A stretch of DNA of 41,341 bases, taken from Paludibacter sp. (lineage in GTDB: Bacteria > Bacteroidota > Bacteroidia > Bacteroidales > Paludibacteraceae). Below, piece by piece: positions 38,416 through 41,341 of the stretch. The translations under genes and the position numbers were made by a program. The notes below the pieces were generated by a model. It ran no database searches. It was not told the origin of the DNA and saw only the letters and a list, made by a program, of their open reading frames with translations. Within the stretch, counting starts at the first letter, position 1. Every line of letters starts with the position of its first letter. The DNA lies in NCBI GenBank assembly GCA_003250325.1, contig QKGU01000212.1, positions 1-41,341 on the forward strand, in the 5' to 3' direction.

Positions 38416-38453
38416 ATAATTGTTTGCAAAACTTCAGAGTCTAAGTTCATTCA

Positions 38454-38975
38454 ATGTTCAAAATTGCCATCATCGGTCCGGAATCAACAGGAAAAACTGA
38501 ATTATCCAAAGCTCTTGCCGAACATTTCAAGTCACCCTGGATACCGGAATATGCCCGGCAATACGTTGAGGAATTAAAAAGACCTTATACTTTCGAAGAT
38601 GTTTGCAACATTGCAAAAAAGCAAATTGAGACAGAAAAATTTTATTTACAATCCGAAAATTCACATACAGATTACATATTTTTTGATACCGAACTCATTA
38701 TCACAAAAGTTTGGTTCGAGTTTAAATACAAATCAGTTCCTGAATTTTTGACAGAGCATTTAAAAACCGGATTCTTCGATCTTTATCTGCTATGCGCACC
38801 CGACCTGATTTGGGAACCTGATCCGGTAAGGGAACATGGTAACGACAGGGATTATTTCTTTGATTGGTACAAAAAAGAAATCGAACAAACCGGGAAACCA
38901 TTCGTTATTGTAAGAGAATTTGGGAATCAGCGAATTCAAAATGCAGTTGATGCAATAACCGCTTTAAAAAAATAA
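38454..38975 (+). CDS. NadR-like AAA ATPase / nicotinamide riboside kinase
   Basis: GPESTGKT, PEYAR.Y, FDT, W..D.VRE. Confidence 0.88.
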   Translation: MFKIAIIGPESTGKTELSKALAEHFKSPWIPEYARQYVEELKRPYTFEDVCNIAKKQIETEKFYLQSENSHTDYIFFDTELIITKVWFEFKYKSVPEFLTEHLKTGFFDLYLLCAPDLIWEPDPVREHGNDRDYFFDWYKKEIEQTGKPFVIVREFGNQRIQNAVDAITALKK

Positions 38976-38989
38976 TTATACAACCCGAT

Positions 38990-39874
38990 ATGAACAAAGA
39001 TTTGCTAGAAACGATAAAAAAACTTTCGCATGTCGAAGGATTCAAAAATGTTTGTCCGGAACACGGCCAACACGATCCGATGCCATCGACAGAAGTACTT
39101 CAGGAAATTGTTCAACTGCTTCGTTCCGTTATTTTTCCGGGATATTTTGGCGACTCGGCAGTTAACACACGAACCATGGTGTACCACATTGGCGTTAATG
39201 TTGATAAATTGCAAATTTTGCTTGAACAGCAGATAAGAGCAGGACTTTGCTTCACTTCCAGAACCGAGTCACTCGAATGTAGAGCATTCGACCGCACATC
39301 AAAAGAAAAAGCCACCGCATTTATTACGCAGCTACCTGAAATAAGAGAGTTACTGCACACTGACGTCATTGCCGCTTATAACGGTGACCCGGCAGCCAAA
39401 AGCTTTGGCGAAGTAATATTCTGCTACCCCAGCATACGTGCCATTAGTAATTATCGTATTGCTCATGCTCTTTTGCAACTCGATGTTCCACTTATTCCAC
39501 GTATAATAACCGAAATGGCGCATTCCGAAACGGGAATTGACATTCACCCGGGTGCTAAGATTGATTCATATTTTACAATTGACCATGGTACCGGAGTTGT
39601 GATTGGCGAAACAGCGACCATTGGAAGCAACGTAAAAATGTATCAGGGAGTAACTTTGGGAGCAAAAAGTTTCCCGCTCGATCAGGATGGAAATCCGATC
39701 AAAGGAATTCAACGTCATCCTCATATTGGCAACAACGTAATCATTTATTCGAATTCCACAATTTTAGGAAATATTACTGTGGGCGACAATGCTGTGATTG
39801 GCGGTAACCTTTGGGTGGATACCGATGTTCCTGCCGGAGCAAAACTTGCACAAAATCAAAAAATCAAAAAATAA
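38990..39874 (+). CDS. cysE: Serine O-acetyltransferase
   Basis: GDPAA..F.E....YP, TGIDIHPGA, IDHGTGVVIGET, YQGVTLG, RHP. Confidence 0.92.
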   Translation: MNKDLLETIKKLSHVEGFKNVCPEHGQHDPMPSTEVLQEIVQLLRSVIFPGYFGDSAVNTRTMVYHIGVNVDKLQILLEQQIRAGLCFTSRTESLECRAFDRTSKEKATAFITQLPEIRELLHTDVIAAYNGDPAAKSFGEVIFCYPSIRAISNYRIAHALLQLDVPLIPRIITEMAHSETGIDIHPGAKIDSYFTIDHGTGVVIGETATIGSNVKMYQGVTLGAKSFPLDQDGNPIKGIQRHPHIGNNVIIYSNSTILGNITVGDNAVIGGNLWVDTDVPAGAKLAQNQKIKK

Positions 39875-39936
39875 TCTAAGAATCTAATTCCTGATTGCAA
39901 TAATTCTGCAACCACCAGTTTACAACACAGACATAT

Positions 39937-41106
39937 ATGGAATTTGAAATGATTGCGAAAACCTTCCGCGGATTGGAAGAAGTACTGGCTACCGAACTAG
40001 TTAATCTGGGAGCCAACAATGTGCAACTTCAGCGCCGCGCAGTGAGTTTTACAGGCGACAAATCAATATTATACAAAGCCAATCTTTGCTTGCGAACAGC
40101 ATCCAGAATTCTGAAACCTATACATACTTTTGACGCAACAAATCCGGATGAAGTTTATGAAAAAGTAAAAGAAATCAACTGGAGCAATTATTTGTCTGTC
40201 GACGACACTTTCGCTATTGACTCCACCGTTTTTTCGGAACAATTCCGTCATTCGAAGTTTGTGGCTTATCGCGTAAAAGATGCTATTGCCGATTGGTTTT
40301 CGGAAAGGTTTGAACGCCGTCCTTCTGTAAGTCTAGGCAATCCGCAACTAATGATCAACATACATATTGCTGACAAAAAATGTACACTTTCGCTCGATAG
40401 TTCAGGCGAATCGCTACACAAAAGAGGTTATCGTATAGGGCAAACAGAGGCTCCTCTCAACGAAGCTTTAGCAGCAGGTATGCTTTTGATGGCAGGTTGG
40501 AAAGGCAACACAGATTTTGTAGATCCAATGTGCGGTTCAGGGACTCTTTTGATCGAGGCAGGATTAATTGCTTTAAATATTCCTCCGGGAATTTACCGTT
40601 CTTCTTTTGCATTCGAAAAATGGAATGATTTCGACGAGGAACTTTTTGACCGACTGTACAACGACGATTCTTTTGAGACTCCGTTTAAATTTAAAATATA
40701 CGGTTCCGATAATTCTCCACGAGCTATTAAAATTGCGGAACAGAATATTAAAAGTGCAGGATTGTCTAAATATATTGAACTAAATGTAGTATCGGTGCAA
40801 AAACTGGAAGCTCCGGCTAAAAATTGTTTAGTAGTAACCAACCCTCCTTATGGCGAACGAATAACGTCAGCAGACATTCTCGGGCTTTATGCGTCACTGG
40901 GAACAACTATGAAGCATCAGTTTGCGGGCAGTACCGTTTGGATAATCAGTTCCCACATGGAATGTCTTGATAAAATAGGGCTAAAACCATCAGAAAAAAT
41001 TCGACTTTTAAATGGTGCATTAGACTGCTTATATTGCCGATACGATATTTTCTCAGGCAAGAGAAATGATTTTGTTGCAAAAAAACACAACAATTTCAGA
41101 AGCTAA
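39937..41106 (+). CDS. THUMP-domain class I SAM-dependent RNA methyltransferase (RlmL-like)
   Basis: SG.SLHKRGYR, APL.E.LAA, DPMCGSGT, NPPYGER. Confidence 0.92.
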   Translation: MEFEMIAKTFRGLEEVLATELVNLGANNVQLQRRAVSFTGDKSILYKANLCLRTASRILKPIHTFDATNPDEVYEKVKEINWSNYLSVDDTFAIDSTVFSEQFRHSKFVAYRVKDAIADWFSERFERRPSVSLGNPQLMINIHIADKKCTLSLDSSGESLHKRGYRIGQTEAPLNEALAAGMLLMAGWKGNTDFVDPMCGSGTLLIEAGLIALNIPPGIYRSSFAFEKWNDFDEELFDRLYNDDSFETPFKFKIYGSDNSPRAIKIAEQNIKSAGLSKYIELNVVSVQKLEAPAKNCLVVTNPPYGERITSADILGLYASLGTTMKHQFAGSTVWIISSHMECLDKIGLKPSEKIRLLNGALDCLYCRYDIFSGKRNDFVAKKHNNFRS

Positions 41107-41171
41107 TTTACTATAATCAAACGACTTGTAAATAATAATTCTCAAATCGAAAATTAAAACTTCACAATCGC

Positions 41172-41201
41172 TTGTCAGTTTGAAAAATTTCTTTACTTTT
41201 G
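41172..41201 (+). promoter_or_regulatory. tRNA promoter (-33 TTG, -7 TACTTTTG)
   Basis: Consensus match with a 19-nt spacer, 11 nt before the tRNA. Confidence 0.7.
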
Positions 41202-41212
41202 TACCCGCTAAC

Positions 41213-41296
41213 GCCCAGATGGCGGAATTGGTAGACGCGCTGGTCTCAAACACCAGTGGATTCACTTCCATGCCGGTTCGATCCCGGCTCTGGGTA
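41213..41296 (+). tRNA. tRNA-Leu (anticodon CAA), CCA not encoded
   Basis: Acceptor GCCCAGA/TCTGGGT, D-loop GGAATTGGTAGAC, anticodon arm CTGGT-CTCAAAC-ACCAG, long variable arm, GGTTCGAT. Confidence 0.97.
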
Positions 41297-41302
41297 CAGC
41301 TT

Positions 41303-41341
41303 AAAAGCTCAATCAGTTGATTTTCAACGATTGAGCTTTTT
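41303..41341 (+). terminator. Intrinsic terminator after tRNA-Leu
   Basis: AAAAGCTCAATC...GATTGAGCTTTT hairpin with T tail. Confidence 0.88.

Noticed and set aside
754-41271. Numerous short overlapping or antisense ORFs in the ORF track (e.g. 955..1425, 2545..2940, 5648..6013, 34370..34744, 37796..38233, 41053..41271)
   Set aside because: They lie inside well-supported genes or the tRNA and have no recognisable motifs; treated as shadow ORFs.
41213-41341. Integrative element at tRNA-Leu
   Set aside because: No integrase and no duplicated tRNA 3' end were seen in the window; sequence beyond the terminator is not available.

Overview
AT-rich chromosomal window from a Bacteroidetes (Bacteroidales/Paludibacter-like) genome. 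The lineage is inferred from TAnnTTTG promoters, the atpC-atpI-B-E-F-H-A-G gene order and a T9SS sorting domain. From left to right it contains: the 3' part of the F0F1 ATP synthase operon; a convergent three-gene envelope cluster (PapD-like protein, MORN-variant repeat protein, lipoprotein); ahcY; tatD; an S41 protease whose signal peptide is out of frame; pnuC; two tandem paralogous beta-helix proteins (one with a T9SS C-terminal domain); a ~21.5 kb minus-strand Wzx/Wzy-type polysaccharide locus (wza, wzc, wzx, wzy, 7 glycosyltransferases, WcaJ-type priming transferase, 4 acyltransferases, 2 deacetylases, 1 kinase); PAP2; a NadR-like ATPase; cysE; a THUMP RNA methyltransferase; and tRNA-Leu(CAA). 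The most unusual signals are: (i) an 18x heptamer repeat between two glycosyltransferases that forms a chain of eight ATGA-overlapping MNYEL mini-ORFs linking the upstream stop codon exactly to the downstream start codon; (ii) the periplasmic/secreted beta-helix paralog pair facing the polysaccharide locus; (iii) a 188-bp nested REP-like fold-back element in mid-operon; (iv) an unusually rich polysaccharide tailoring set; (v) apparent insertion of the whole block between pnuC and the NadR-like gene. All functional calls come from motif recognition by eye; no searches were run.
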